Position numbers and translations under genes: made by a program
The notes under the pieces: model-generated
The model's database searches: none
What the model was told of the DNA's origin: nothing
Seen by the model: only the letters and a program-made list of their open reading frames with translations
Assembly (NCBI GenBank): GCA_964304625.1
Contig: OZ199839.1
Location: 1,487,893-1,551,892 of the forward strand
Length of the DNA stretch: 64,000 nt
Direction of reading: 5' to 3'
DNA from: Kudoa neothunni
Lineage: Eukaryota; Animalia; Cnidaria
Part shown: positions 1 to 15,485 of the stretch, one piece after another
How positions within the stretch are numbered: the first letter of the stretch is position 1
Layout: each line of letters begins with the position of its first letter

Positions 1-931
1 GGATAGTAAATTAAGTAACATCAAAGTTGGATAGGGGAAATTTTTGCATAATACGGTTTGCGACGTACTTAAGTATGTCTAAGGGATTATATTATTTAGG
101 CTGTTAAATTTAATAATAAGTCGTCAGAAATGCCTAAAATGTTTTTAGGAATAAGTATTTAACAATTAAATACTTATAAAGTTATTGTTAGCCCCTTTCT
201 TTTATCCTCGTTTATCTTTTAGAGGTGCAGCCTAATAATAATAATAATACTTAAGTCGCTATTTTCATGATAAATAGTATTCAGGTGTCACCTTTTTTGT
301 CCATTTTTAATTATTTATGGCCTACAAATCCAAAGAAATGGTTAAGAAATAGTTTAATTTGGAGAAATTTACAAAATTAAATCGGTAAACAGCTTATGAG
401 CAAAAGTTTCTGGGATTGAAAATTGTCTTTAAACAAACGTACTTACCTTTAGAATTGAATTTACCGTGAGAATATCCTCTACTTAGCTTAACCAGTATAA
501 AACCCTAAAGTAAGTATGAATTTGGCTTCCAAGTTAAGGGGGTAAATTTGAAAAAACAGTTGAAATACCCTGTACTAGGTAGGGATTAATCTAATTTTTT
601 AGTACTAAAACTCTGTTTTTTCGCTATTAAAAGGAGAGGAATTTCAATTAGTTTAACTTCCACCGTTTATAATTAAAAAAGAGAAAACTCCTAAATGTTA
701 AAAATAACTGTTTGTAATTTTGGATCAGGAGTTTGCTAACGTTTTAAAATTCTGTTAATTGAAGGAATGCATCGATGAGATGTTTTGGTTTGCACTATCA
801 TTCGAGTAAGCTTTAAAAAGAAAAATTGGAATAATGTAATCGCAACATTTGTTTTCCTTAAATAACTCAATACACACGAAGTGCTGTAACGACTAACGTA
901 TGTCAATAGATGCGTAATTTGGCGTGGAAGT

Positions 932-3650
<2,719 letters not shown>

Positions 3651-4560
3651 GTTTCAAAAAAAGTACAACCCAATAGAGATTAGGTTTAATTCAGTACACG
3701 ATCAGTACTTTTAGAAGATTAGAAGGGAGCGCATCGCTTAACATCGGATCAAAGAAATAGAAATTCCTTGCAATTCGATGGTTTAATATTTATTTCCATC
3801 CTATAATTCTTCAGTTTATAGCTTATTTGTTGATCGGATGCAGTTACAAGATTAATTAGTTAACTAATTTAGCCATTCACTCTTCCTAAGGGCATAATAA
3901 GATTTACACCTGTTAAATTCAGGATCATTTCGAGGACGTAACAATTAATTCTGGTCGAGATATTGTATATACATACATAATTCCCTACATATTTATTTAA
4001 AGATACAAATGAACTATATTTATGGATAGAGAGATGATTATTTCTTTTATACAGATGACTATTCAACTTAATAGTTTGATCACGTTTTACAATCTTGGTT
4101 CTGTAATTGTAATAAATACTCGTTAAAGGCAAGATTTTTCCGATTTTTAGTGACTGATACGCTTTGATAAAGTATTATGCATTCTCAAGGCGTTAAAGAT
4201 GTGAAAGAGTTTTGTCATCTTTCTTAGCTTTTATATTAATGATGTCTGTAGGTGTGACCTAAATATCCCCAGATAGTGAAATTATTAAAAAAGGGATTCA
4301 ATAAATACAAGTTAAACTTTAATGCAAATGCTGTCATCTAAAGAAATCTACATTGATTTAATTCGGTTTGCTTAATCCGACAAACGTTACCATAATTTAA
4401 ATGACATTATCTTATTATTTTGAGTTTTAATAGAAATGAATAAAAAAATTGATAGGATTGAAAAAAAGCATGATAAAAAATAGAGGTGCCCTACAAAAAG
4501 TCAAATATTGAAATAGTCACGTTGCACATGCGCAATATATAAGAATGTATCTATATATAC

Positions 4561-5400
4561 CAGGGGCGACCGGACTTGCCCAGATCGAGAGAAAATTTTA
4601 AGGTTGCCAATATTTTCAAGAGTCACAAGGCATTAAAATCATTTATGTACCTCATACTTATTTAAAACTTACATCTTTGGTGAATATCAAGAAAATAAAT
4701 TTGTAATTATTCAAGTTTAATTACCAGTTTTTGCAACCTGAACCGGACTTGTTGTCATCAAAACATCAAAACCGGAATACCTTACGTTACGGTTAATGTC
4801 AATTTTTGTTATTTATTTAATAGCGTTGGATAAACAAAGAGAAGTTTATATGTATAAGTACCAAATATAAATATTATTTTAATCCAGTTACGGTTGATAT
4901 CCATAGGAGAAAAACACTGACCAAAGAATGTCTTCGAATACTGAAAATAACATTTTAGATTATGTTCAGTCACCTTGATTGAGAAGTTTCTCATATTCCC
5001 TGTAATAGTGCTTTTGGGTGAATTAGCGGTCCTATAGTTTTTTCTCCAAATCATTTAGTGTTGACCTCGGAAACTTCTTTCTAGTCCTTCTACTCTGTTA
5101 ACGACAAGATAACAAGCAAGAGCTCTCTTATCCTCAAAATGGCGCTTTTTTGACGTCTTGAATGCCACTTGATTTAGATCTAGTTTCATTGGCGATGAAT
5201 GCGGTTTAAATATTGAAAAACCTAGTTTAAATTACAATGAATCCGGTTTAGGATGCAAAAACAAATATAACAAATAAATATTATTAATTTTTTTTAAGCT
5301 GTTTATATCTAAAAGAAAACGAAATATCAGAGATCAGCCAATTTTTGCATGTTTGCATTTCTGCAGCTAGGGGGGGAAGAAAATATTACTGATTTTTAGA
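4561..5400 (-). mobile_element. Degraded hAT (Buster/Charlie-like) transposon remnant
   Basis: CAGGGGCG hAT-type end at 4561. Minus-strand fragments (PMKL...ALACYLVVNRV; HNLKCYFQY...NWIK) loosely resemble Buster transposase. Partner TIR not found. Confidence 0.4.
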
Positions 5401-5526
5401 GCTCACTCTTATTTTTATATTGGTTGAAACCTAGTTTTTGTAAAAAAACATATAGATTTATAAAATAATCAAAATTTAATTAGTTGAATATTAATTTTTC
5501 TTCGAATACAGCAGCATTCACGGAAC

Positions 5527-7702
5527 GGTACCAGAATCGGTGGTACCTTTGTACACATGCGCCAATAAATGTCGCGAATTAATAAAGAAACGACTTTAGA
5601 AGCGCGCAGCCGACCACAGGACACAATTATACACCAAATTCGTGCACCACGTGATTTGTTTTTTTAAGCTCGCGCGTTTATCATAGAGCAGGATTCGAAC
5701 TCGCTGCCTTAACACCTACTGAAGGTTGCTAATCACAGACACCGTCTGGGCACGATATTAATTTATATATGTCATTTTGTATAACTTTTTTGGGCATGCA
5801 GCAACTTTCTATTTTGATATAATAACGAATCATGATGTATAACTTTAAAAAAATGATCGAAAATTAACGCTTTCAAAAATATTTTCCTAATATATTATAT
5901 ATGTGGATTAAAACCATATGAGTTTTCGTCGGTTATAACAAACGTATTGCAAAAGTAATTATTTAAATTATCATATATAGAATATAGTTCATTAATTAAG
6001 TTTAAAAGTCAAGTCGTCCCAATTGTCTTAACATTTCCAAAAAGGGATCTTCCTTGTTTTTCAGATATTTTCGTTTGAAAATATATTTATAGAAATAACT
6101 AAGTCAAAATTTAATAATTGATCAATTATCTATATAAAAACCTTGAGTACAAGTATTTTCTCGTTCCATTAGACGGTAAAGAAAGTTTCAACTGGCACCA
6201 AGTTGATTCAATAGTGTTAGTGTGTGTGCCGTCTTTCGCAACAGCACTCACTATGGTTTACCACGCGATGTTGATAACCTAATGAGGACAACTTTTTATA
6301 TACTTTCGCTGCATCGGTATGTATAGTGGTACCTAAATACAGTTATATTGTTTTTATTTAAGATAAAAACCAGGTAAAATATATTTCTTGATCAATGGTA
6401 TTAGAGTTTGGTGGTTTCTTTTATTGACTGGGACGGCAAAAATACTGTGAGATCCTCGCTCTATACCACCAAATACCCATTGTCCTTCGATAGTTCGGTC
6501 GCGATTATACTTGCGTTTCCCGAATTTCGATTCGTCTATTTCGACGATTTTACCAGGACCTAACGAAATATTAATTATAAATAGAAAATATAATTACCTC
6601 CAATCTTTTGGGAATCCATTTGGAGAATTTCTCCACACAGGAACCTAAATTCTTTTTTCCAGTCCACAAGTGTGTTTAAGGAGGAAATCCTTAAATCGGA
6701 TATTATGAATTTATTCCTACATTCATGGATCCAATAATAAATAAGTAATAAGATCGTCTAAAACTATTATATATAATGTTGAGTAAATCAAAATACTTTA
6801 ATTTTTAACTTTGAAAATTCGAAAATAGAATTCTTACGAAGAGAAATAAATTTCCGACATTTTTTATTGTTACATCTCCAAGCAACTTTATGTATAATCA
6901 TTTTTGTTTCTTTCACCAGTTTCACTGTACCGGTTTTACATTTGGTACATACACCGGCTTTATCTTTTAACAAATTATAATTTGTTAAAAACTCTATAAG
7001 TCTGTTCTTGTTCGAGCACAACTTGTATATTTTGTTAGTGTTGAAACTTTTACTTAAATATATTATTCCGCGATATAATAAATTGGTTCTAGTAATTCCA
7101 TAATTTATATAGCATTGTTCTTAAGGTTTGAGCATTTAATTGGTTAAATAATTTGCTTTATTTCTCTTTTTACTATTCATTTACCTTTTTTGAATTAATT
7201 AACGAAGACATTGAAATGTTCTAGACTTTAAATTTGTTGCAGATGATGATATTAAAATAAGTTTAAATGCTTTTAATCAATTATTAACTTTATTATTAAT
7301 ATGAAGTAGCTTTAAATTTGAAATATTAATCATATTATTTCTGCCATGCCTTTATCAACTCATATATTAATAATCACATCAAATATAATTTTCGTAAAAT
7401 TATTAATCGGGGTCCAAATAGCATAAATAAGACGTAATATGTATTATAATAATTCTAAGTTGCAATAACCATGTTTTAGTTCTTAAAATTAATGATTTAT
7501 GATCGGTGATTAGAGTCTTTGAGGATTTTGACATCAGTATTGTTGACATGTAACCCTGAAAAAATTCCTCAAACTAAAATAGCCGTGAAAATATTGTTTG
7601 AAACATAAACGAATGCGCCAGCTACAGAATATCAGGCGATTTCTCGCTTTAGAGCGAACCTGGTTGGCGCACGCGCATAAGGGTACCACCGATTCTGATA
7701 TG
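5527..7702 (-). mobile_element. Merlin (IS1595/ISXO2-like) DNA transposon with ~40-bp TIRs and an intron-containing transposase (~6030-7120)
   Basis: Left TIR GGTACCAGAATCGGTGGTACCTTTGTACACATGCGCCAA at 5527 matches an inverted copy at ~7664-7702. Spliced protein has an N-terminal CxxC...CxxxxC zinc ribbon, IGGPGKIVEIDESKFGKRKYNR, QWVFGGIERG, PGTTIHTD, VNHS and HTNTIESTW. One frameshift at ~6243. No TSD seen. Confidence 0.92.
5686..5756 (-). repeat. Possible tRNA-derived SINE head inside the Merlin element
   Basis: Minus strand has an A-box-like GTGCCCAGACGG and a B-box AGTTCGAATCC at tRNA-like spacing. No cloverleaf could be folded. Confidence 0.35.
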
Positions 7703-8061
7703 GAGGGATTTTGTTTGTTCATTTGATGTGACTTATACAAAAATATTCAGAGACCAAAATTCATATTAAGACAAAGATGAAGCCGCTCCCGGTAAAAATA
7801 ATTCAAAGATCATGTAATCTTCCACGCATGCGCTCAGACACAAAAACGGAGAATTGTGATCTGTTTTTAGCGTCTACGTTGACTTTATACAGTAACAGTT
7901 CCATATCAAAATAAAAAATGATTTTGTTTAATATTATCCATCCAAAGAAAACAAATATCAAACATTTTATTTGACCATTTTCCCTAATCTTTAATCTCCG
8001 AAATTTGTTCATCTAATTTGTTTCGTATAGATTTTTAATTTTTCAAATAAATCCTATAACG

Positions 8062-10007
8062 ATGGAAATGCTGACGGAGTACGAATGGCCAACGGGATCT
8101 AATGAAAAATGGTTTGTTATGGAGCATGCTGGAAATTTTTTATCGATAAAATCTTTTAACCGCAAACACCGCGGTATTCGTGGAATTTGTTGATTTAGTT
8201 TTTATTTAAATAGAATTGAATCCAAGGACTTTGAGTGCCGAAGAAAAAGAGGAGCTTTTATCTAGCCGAATTATCAGCCAAATCGAAAGCACATTAAGTA
8301 ATTTATGTTGAAGCTCATTCGTTAATATCGATTTTTTTCTTGGATAGACCTACAAGCAGTCAAGTCAGATGACCTTCTCGACTTGATGGCTCAGAAATAT
8401 CCTCATAAATATTATGTAAAATTAAATCAAATTGTACTGAATGAGTAGCTGTGATGTAGCTTTATTGTCTTGTTCAAAACTTCAGTGGCACGTCTAATGA
8501 AAAAGATTTCGACCATTCAGAAGTATATTATTCAGGGCCGGTTATAGATTGAGGGTTTAATTAGGGAGACAGTAAAGTGGATAAATCATTCGCCATTCCT
8601 ACCTTTAAACCTTACGTAATAACCAAGGATGGATTCATATTTGATAGGTGTGTTTATTTGGTCTGTGGTGGTTTTTTGAAATCTCTCGATTCATAGAAAT
8701 AACTACTCGATCCATCAATTACAGTCCACCTCTAACAATTTTTATACATCCGCACCAAAGTCACCAGAAAACTCAATCCAATCAATGTTGCAAATGAAAC
8801 AAGTAAATTCATGTGTTATGTGTACTCTATGACAATAACTATTGGATTGGGTAGGAATTTTTACAAACTATAGATTCCATAGCAATCCCTCATAATGTTT
8901 CCATGACTAGCCTAAGTTGTTCCCCTGTCAAAAACACGACTGAATCTGTTCCTCAGAACAATGGAGTCGGTCGTAATTCTAAGAGTAATTTTCATAACAA
9001 TAATTATTTGTTGGCGATTAGAAGGCAGATTTGCCTTGGTAATAACTCATTTACTTTTAGAAAAAGTGCTCTGTGGCATTTGTAGTGCCGAATGTAGCGG
9101 CATTCGTATACCCAACCATAGGAATATTGGTTGTTCAAAATGTAAACGCTCATGTAGATAGAAAAGATTTTTAGCAGTTGTTTGAATTGTCACTTAGTTC
9201 ATATGAAATGTCTGGGAATATCGTTTCGTTCTGCTGACGTCATGAAGAAATACAATTGGAAGTGTGTGGAATGCAAAATATGCGAAAAATGTCTAAAGCC
9301 TGTTGGCGATGTAAATTTGCCTTTAGGTATGAGACGATTTCTCATATCTTGGTATTTTTATTACAGATGATATTTTGCGATCGTTGTGATAGATCATATC
9401 ACTCATTGTGTGTGGGTTTGAAGGAAATCCCTTTAGGTAACTCCATAGATGACTGTTCGTCTTATACACTTTTTTTTATTCGTTACAATTAGGCAGATGG
9501 ATATGCTCTCATTGTGGATTCTGTTCCTCGTGCACTAAAAGAAGACCCGGAAGCTGTGGATGGAGCACTGAAGTGGTTTCTTAAGAGATGGATTTTTTTT
9601 GATTTCACCTCGTAGGTTATGAAGATAGGTAATGATACCAAAAAAAATACAAGTCCATTGTTCAAACTGTTCCAAGTTAATTTTATTTTAATTTTGAAAT
9701 TAAACTCAACTTATTTTTCTAACCTAAAAAATTTTAGACTTTTCAATACTGGAAAATTCTGTCTGGTTTGTTTGGAAGTATTCCATGGTGTTTTGGAACA
9801 AAAAAATCCATCAAATAATAAAGCGTTGGTTAAATGCCCGTGTTGTAAGCATCTAATTCATAAAGGTACATTTATTGGGATGATTCCTTACAAAAGTTCA
9901 TTAATCTAGAATGCTACGATCGAAGTTTGAAAGGCTGTTTCGTTTGTTTGGGAGAGGTGCAACGTGATATCAACTTAAATGATTTGCTAAAAAATTCCAA
10001 CAACTAA
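8062..10007 (+). CDS. PHF10: PHD finger protein 10 (BAF45a/SAYP)-like, multi-exon
   Basis: N-terminus LTEYEWP...[14 protein letters not shown]...[18 protein letters not shown] matches the SAY domain. Tandem PHD fingers follow (CGIC...CSKCKRSFHMKC; [12 protein letters not shown]...[15 protein letters not shown]...WIC), then a further Cys-rich/PHD-like tail. Confidence 0.88.
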
Positions 10008-12965
10008 CCATCCAACTGCAATAGAGGTTAAACTCACCTAATATTTATATATATAACTTTAATCGAATATTGTTCATCCTTTCTTTTTTTTTGATTTAAT
10101 AAATAATTTAATTATCAAGATTTGTTGGGTATAATTTTAACAAGGTCTCAATACTGCGTAATATAACGACCATTTTTCTTTTTTCAACATGTTCTACGAC
10201 AGGGATGAGAAAACTGTTTATCTGCACACCACATTGAAATAATATGTTAAGATAAAGGGTCACATCATTTATAAATGACGATTAGTATTCACACTAAAAT
10301 GTAAATAGAGCTATAATTTTTTATTTTAAATTAAATTATTTTGAATCGAATTGGCGACATCATTTAAGAAAATGTTTTCTAGGAAACGAGGACAAAATAC
10401 ATATTTGACATTAAATAATATCAAACTTTGCTGAGGTTCGTAATAAAAGAGCTCGGGAGGGAACTGTAACCTCTCACGAGTCACATGCGACCCGTGAGCT
10501 GTAATTTGCCGGACCTTGTTCTATGACAAAATGCTCCTTAAATCATGAGAAGCTGGAAATTTCGCGCTACTAGTAAATAATTTAAAACTAGAGATATATT
10601 TGCTTTTTAGGATATTACAAATTTTTGAAAACGTGTTATCAGGAATTATAATTTCTGTTGTCTCTAGCTCAAACAAGTTCGCGCACTAATGCTTTGCTGT
10701 ATGCCTTAATATTGAGAATTTAAATATATTGTTTGCAACAATCAACTCAAACATGATTTTTAAAAATACATATTTTAACATTTCGTCCAATATTTTAAGA
10801 ATAATTTTACACTCAAGGCAGAGTGTGATAAATAATTAAAAGATCAAAAGAATAATCCATTTAAGTTTTTGATCACAGAAGATTAAAAATGTTCATATAA
10901 TATCTGAATTTAACGAGAAAAATTGGGTTTAGACTAAAGAATTAATAATATATTAATAATGAATAAAATAACCCTCTAATGATCCCAAAGACGATGAACG
11001 CGTAATTGTGTTGGGGTAAATTTTACCCAAAATCCGTTTCAAGATAAAATAAAAATTAAAACTTATACAATAATTTCTCGAAAAAATTTCATTGGAAGAA
11101 TAACTGGAATCTATTAAGTAGTGGTTTACTGTGCAAAAAGATGTACCATTAATAAAATCGTTTTGGGGTAAACTTGTTTATAGATATAGAAAATCTTACA
11201 GTTGATCTAAATAATATTGACTTTAGGCAAGAAACCATCGTTCAAATAGGACAATAATAATGAGTTAACTGGCAGGTTCTTATATAACCGACTAATATTA
11301 TACAAGGAGGTTTTCACAGATAGCGGTATATCCTAGAATCCCACACATTATCTTTCAGTCTCAACAATTGTTATTAGTAATTTGTTTTATTTTGTGTAAA
11401 ATAAACTAGTCAGAATATCGACTTCCGTACCTGGGAGTCGTTTATAATCACTTAAAGTCAATATACCTCGATAATATAGTATTCCGGTTATTGGATTTAA
11501 ACATCTTGAATAACTATTATCTTGATCAAAAAGATCCATTGATTTTTTTAATTAATATAAAATCAATTTTATTTTAATCTTTATAAGAAAGTGTTTTCTT
11601 GTGCGAATTAAAGCTACCTCATATGTGATATTACTTTTATGTGACTTTGTAATAAATTTGAGATGGATCTCTAAAATATTTTAAATTCCATTATTTTATA
11701 TTATTCATGTAAAACTGAAATTTTGTTGACCCATCAATTGAATTAATTTAGAATAGTATACAATTGCGAAAAAATTTAATGATATATGAATGGTAAAATT
11801 ATTTATTTATTTAATATAAATATATATTATCAATACGGCGTTAAAAACATACTTCGAATATTTTATTATTAAAAAATTAATTCTACATTTAAAAGTATTA
11901 TGAAATGTTTAATGACTTGAACTCATGCAGGACCCGAATGAGTTAAATAATTAATGCTAAGGGACTACTTATGACCTAGTCTTGATAGGAATTGGTGGGA
12001 ATAGTCGGTTATTAGGTTTTAAAAAAATTGTCTCATTTATCACGATAACGAATACGAAATGTCATGTGGCGAGAGTCACTTACTATCTGACGTAATAATA
12101 ACAACATTACTTGTGCGTCTAAAATCAAGGTGATCATTTGTGACGATCACCAACACACTAGAACTAGAGACAACAGTTGACTTTGACAACAAGGGAGACA
12201 GGTTCGAATTTTAACAATTATAATCCGATTAGGGTTCATCAAGGTATAATTCTTAATAAATTCACAAATTATTTCGGCTTAACTTATAATGACAAATTTT
12301 ATTTAGAAAAAATTAAAACCTATATTTAATAAATTATTTATAATATATGAAGTTTTTATTTTTTTGATGTAACGATTGAATATTTAATGAGAAACTATCA
12401 AAATCGATTATATTCAACACAATGGAGTAAAATCAACTGATAAATATTTGGATAGTTTTATATAATCAGAATAGCCGCCGCTCACCAATCCATAAACATG
12501 ATTATAATGTTGACAACAAATTTGATGTCACACTGGCATTAGGATTAGGCTCACGTAGGTAACGTCACGAGAATATATTATTAAATTATATGTATTACGA
12601 TTATTCCCGAAAATCAAAATTTAATTAACTTAGAATCTAAAAATGACCTAATAAAAACAAAATTTTAATGTTAATATTATTCCGATTCATAATGTACTAG
12701 TTTTTAAGTTTAGAATTATATTTATGAGAAGATAATGAATTTTTCTAATTGTCGTTTGGCGGGATTAATATTCTCTAGAAAATAATTGATTAATGAGGTA
12801 ATAAATTATTAAAAACCATCTAATTTTTTACAAAAACTCTATATGAGCCAATAACAACGATCACATTATAAACAGCGGTCTTCATCAACAATGGAATAAA
12901 TATCACATGAAATAATAATATTAAATATATTAGTGGAATTCAAAGCGATAACATACGAACAAGAA

Positions 12966-15193
12966 ATGACGGAAATGGTGGAAAATGAAAACCAGTTGGA
13001 TTGTAATGATCACAACCAAACTAATGCAAAAAATGAAATTATTGAAGAATGTGAAATTTTCAAGTCGGGTGTAAAGTATAATTGAATATCGTCATTACAC
13101 ATATACAAATATTTGTTACCTTTAAACATCATTTTTATATTTTTCATATCAATGATAGAGATATTCATGCGTGCAGCATGTTATATAACCAATATGGCGG
13201 CGAAATTTTTAAACTTTTCGATGAGTCTGGTAACAGTGTATTACACTGGGCTGCATTACGTGGCAATTTGAATATCATCACAATGGTCGTATCAGGAGGA
13301 AAAACTCACAATCCAAACGATCTAAATGAGACAAATGTTGTCAATTTGAACGTGATCGCAGAGAACGATTCCAAGTCTCATCCAATTCATTGGGCTTGCG
13401 ATGTTGGACATATGCATGTGGTTGAGTTGTTTTTGAGATTGGGAGTCGACATAAATGTGTTGGACTCGAAAGATTACACACCTCAAATGGTCGCCATTCA
13501 AAACAATCATATATTGTTGACAATTTTCCTCACATCTAAAGGAACAGATATCACTCATGTGGATAGTAGTGGTGACAATTGTTTGCATTGGTCGGCATAT
13601 ACGGGTATGTGCAAAAACTTTTTGTGTGTTACTGTATACAATCGCGTCATTGGTACTCTAAATTTCCTTAGGAAACTTGAGATTAGTTAAATACTTCCTT
13701 GAAGCGAATCAAATGGATCCTTCGTTAAAAGATAATTTCAATCAAGTAAATATACCTGTTAAATTGTATAAATAGATGATACTGTTAATTAAAATATATT
13801 TTTTGTAGAACTGTTTACATTTGGCTTGTTTGAGTGGAAATGTAGAATTGATTGAATTTCTAGTCGAAGAGGTATTCAATTAATGGTAGGGTTGATTTAA
13901 TTGATGTGAAGTTGGGGATGGATTACTTGGAGGGTGGAAACAACGGCCAAAATTGTGTAGATATTGTGAAAGATAAGAATCACGTAAAGGCTATCGCATA
14001 TTTCGAAAAACTACCTTCGAAATCTGTTCACAAAGCTTCCACAGATACTTCCTCCCTAAATATCAAACTGAGTGATGTTCATTCTGTGGAAGATTTTCTC
14101 AATTACACTAAAAACACCTATCTCGTTATGCCCCAAAGATTGTATTCTACTTCATTTATAACACACAAAAACTATGCTATATCTAATCTATTGTATAGAG
14201 TCTCATTGTGGAGCAGCTACAGTGGTGTTGAAGTAATTTCAATTGCATCGAAGTTGTCGTTTTGGTTGAATTGTGTCATTTCATTTTTCTATTTTTATGA
14301 TCTGGCTAGTGTATGGTGTCTCTCCCTAATATCTTTTTAAAAATATCATATTTAGTCATGGCGGTTCTCGTTCCCCTTTTACATCTTTTACACTTTCAAT
14401 TACATATTAATGATCGTATTCTTTATCAAGATGTTAAAAGTGAATAATGATATGTCCTATTTGAACAATATGGATTCATACGAAAAAACCATGGATCAAG
14501 TAATAGTTATTTTAGCTAAAGTTATTGTTACACATTTCATACAATTCTGGAAGTTATGTTGGATCATTTTACGGATTTATAATTTAGGTTTCAACCAAAA
14601 ATGACTGTACCATTCAGCTAATTAATACACCTCAACTTTGCCACAAATGTTGTGTAGTGCAACCTGAAGATTGCGAGCATTGTATAATTTGTGAAAAATG
14701 CGTCAATGAAATGATATTTCATGATTTCACTTTTGGTAAATGCATAACTAAAAACTCCATGTATGTGAATCTTCTTTTAATTATTGAGGAAAAATGGATG
14801 GAGATTGTAATTTTTTCTTAGGGGAATATACTTTGCTTTTGTTTTCCACAGAGCGATATTGTTTTTAACTATGACTACCGGCTACATTATTGATTGGCAC
14901 CGCTGGTATCACATTTACCATTATGTTTTTCTTGTCTACTTGATTGTTTGTGCAACTTCATACACTTACACTCTTTTGACTGCAGTAATATATTTCTTTA
15001 TATATGATGTAACACCGCTAATTGATGCATTAAGGTTGTTCTAGTAATTGGTAACAGTTTTGTCAATATTGTAGTACCCAATTTAGAAAAAGGTGAAAGC
15101 ATTGGTGGTTTAAAAAAAGGTTCAATGAAAAGGCGAGGAATCAAAATTTTCCTCAAAAGAGATTTAATATCTGCATACAAATCATTGTTATAA
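12966..15193 (+). CDS. Ankyrin-repeat DHHC-family protein (ZDHHC13/17/Akr1-like), paralog 1; catalytic motif degenerate (IFHD)
   Basis: Ankyrin repeats (VLHWAALRGN, PIHWACDVGH, CLHWSAYTGN, CLHLACLSGN), hydrophobic TM segments and the Cys-rich domain CHKC-x9-HCIICEKCVNEMIFHDFTFGKC. Spliced frame is open through to TAA at 15191. Confidence 0.9.
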
Positions 15194-15485
15194 GATTTTT
15201 CAAATTTCAATTGAGTTTGAATAATTTTTTTTTAATTATATTTGGTCGACTTGTTAAAACAGGCCCAACAAACATCTGTATCTGAGTGGAGCGTTCATCT
15301 CAAAGCGACTCAGAAATACATAATCATTTAATTTTAGAAGTTATTATGTATAAAATGTATTGATTGTGGGAATCAATAGAAAAACGTTAAAATGAACCTC
15401 CAACTATTTGCGCGCAAAATTTTGCGATAAGTTTAATGCGAATTACATAAAATATTTCTCGATGAAGTTGCAAGTTCCAATAATA

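Noticed and set aside
10141-10518. hAT-type MITE with CAAGGTC...GACCTTG ends
   Set aside because: Only 7 bp of terminal match and no TSD; plausible but unsupported.
13322-13588. Repeated minus-strand ORFs (also 22023-22343)
   Set aside because: They are antisense shadows of the duplicated ankyrin exon.
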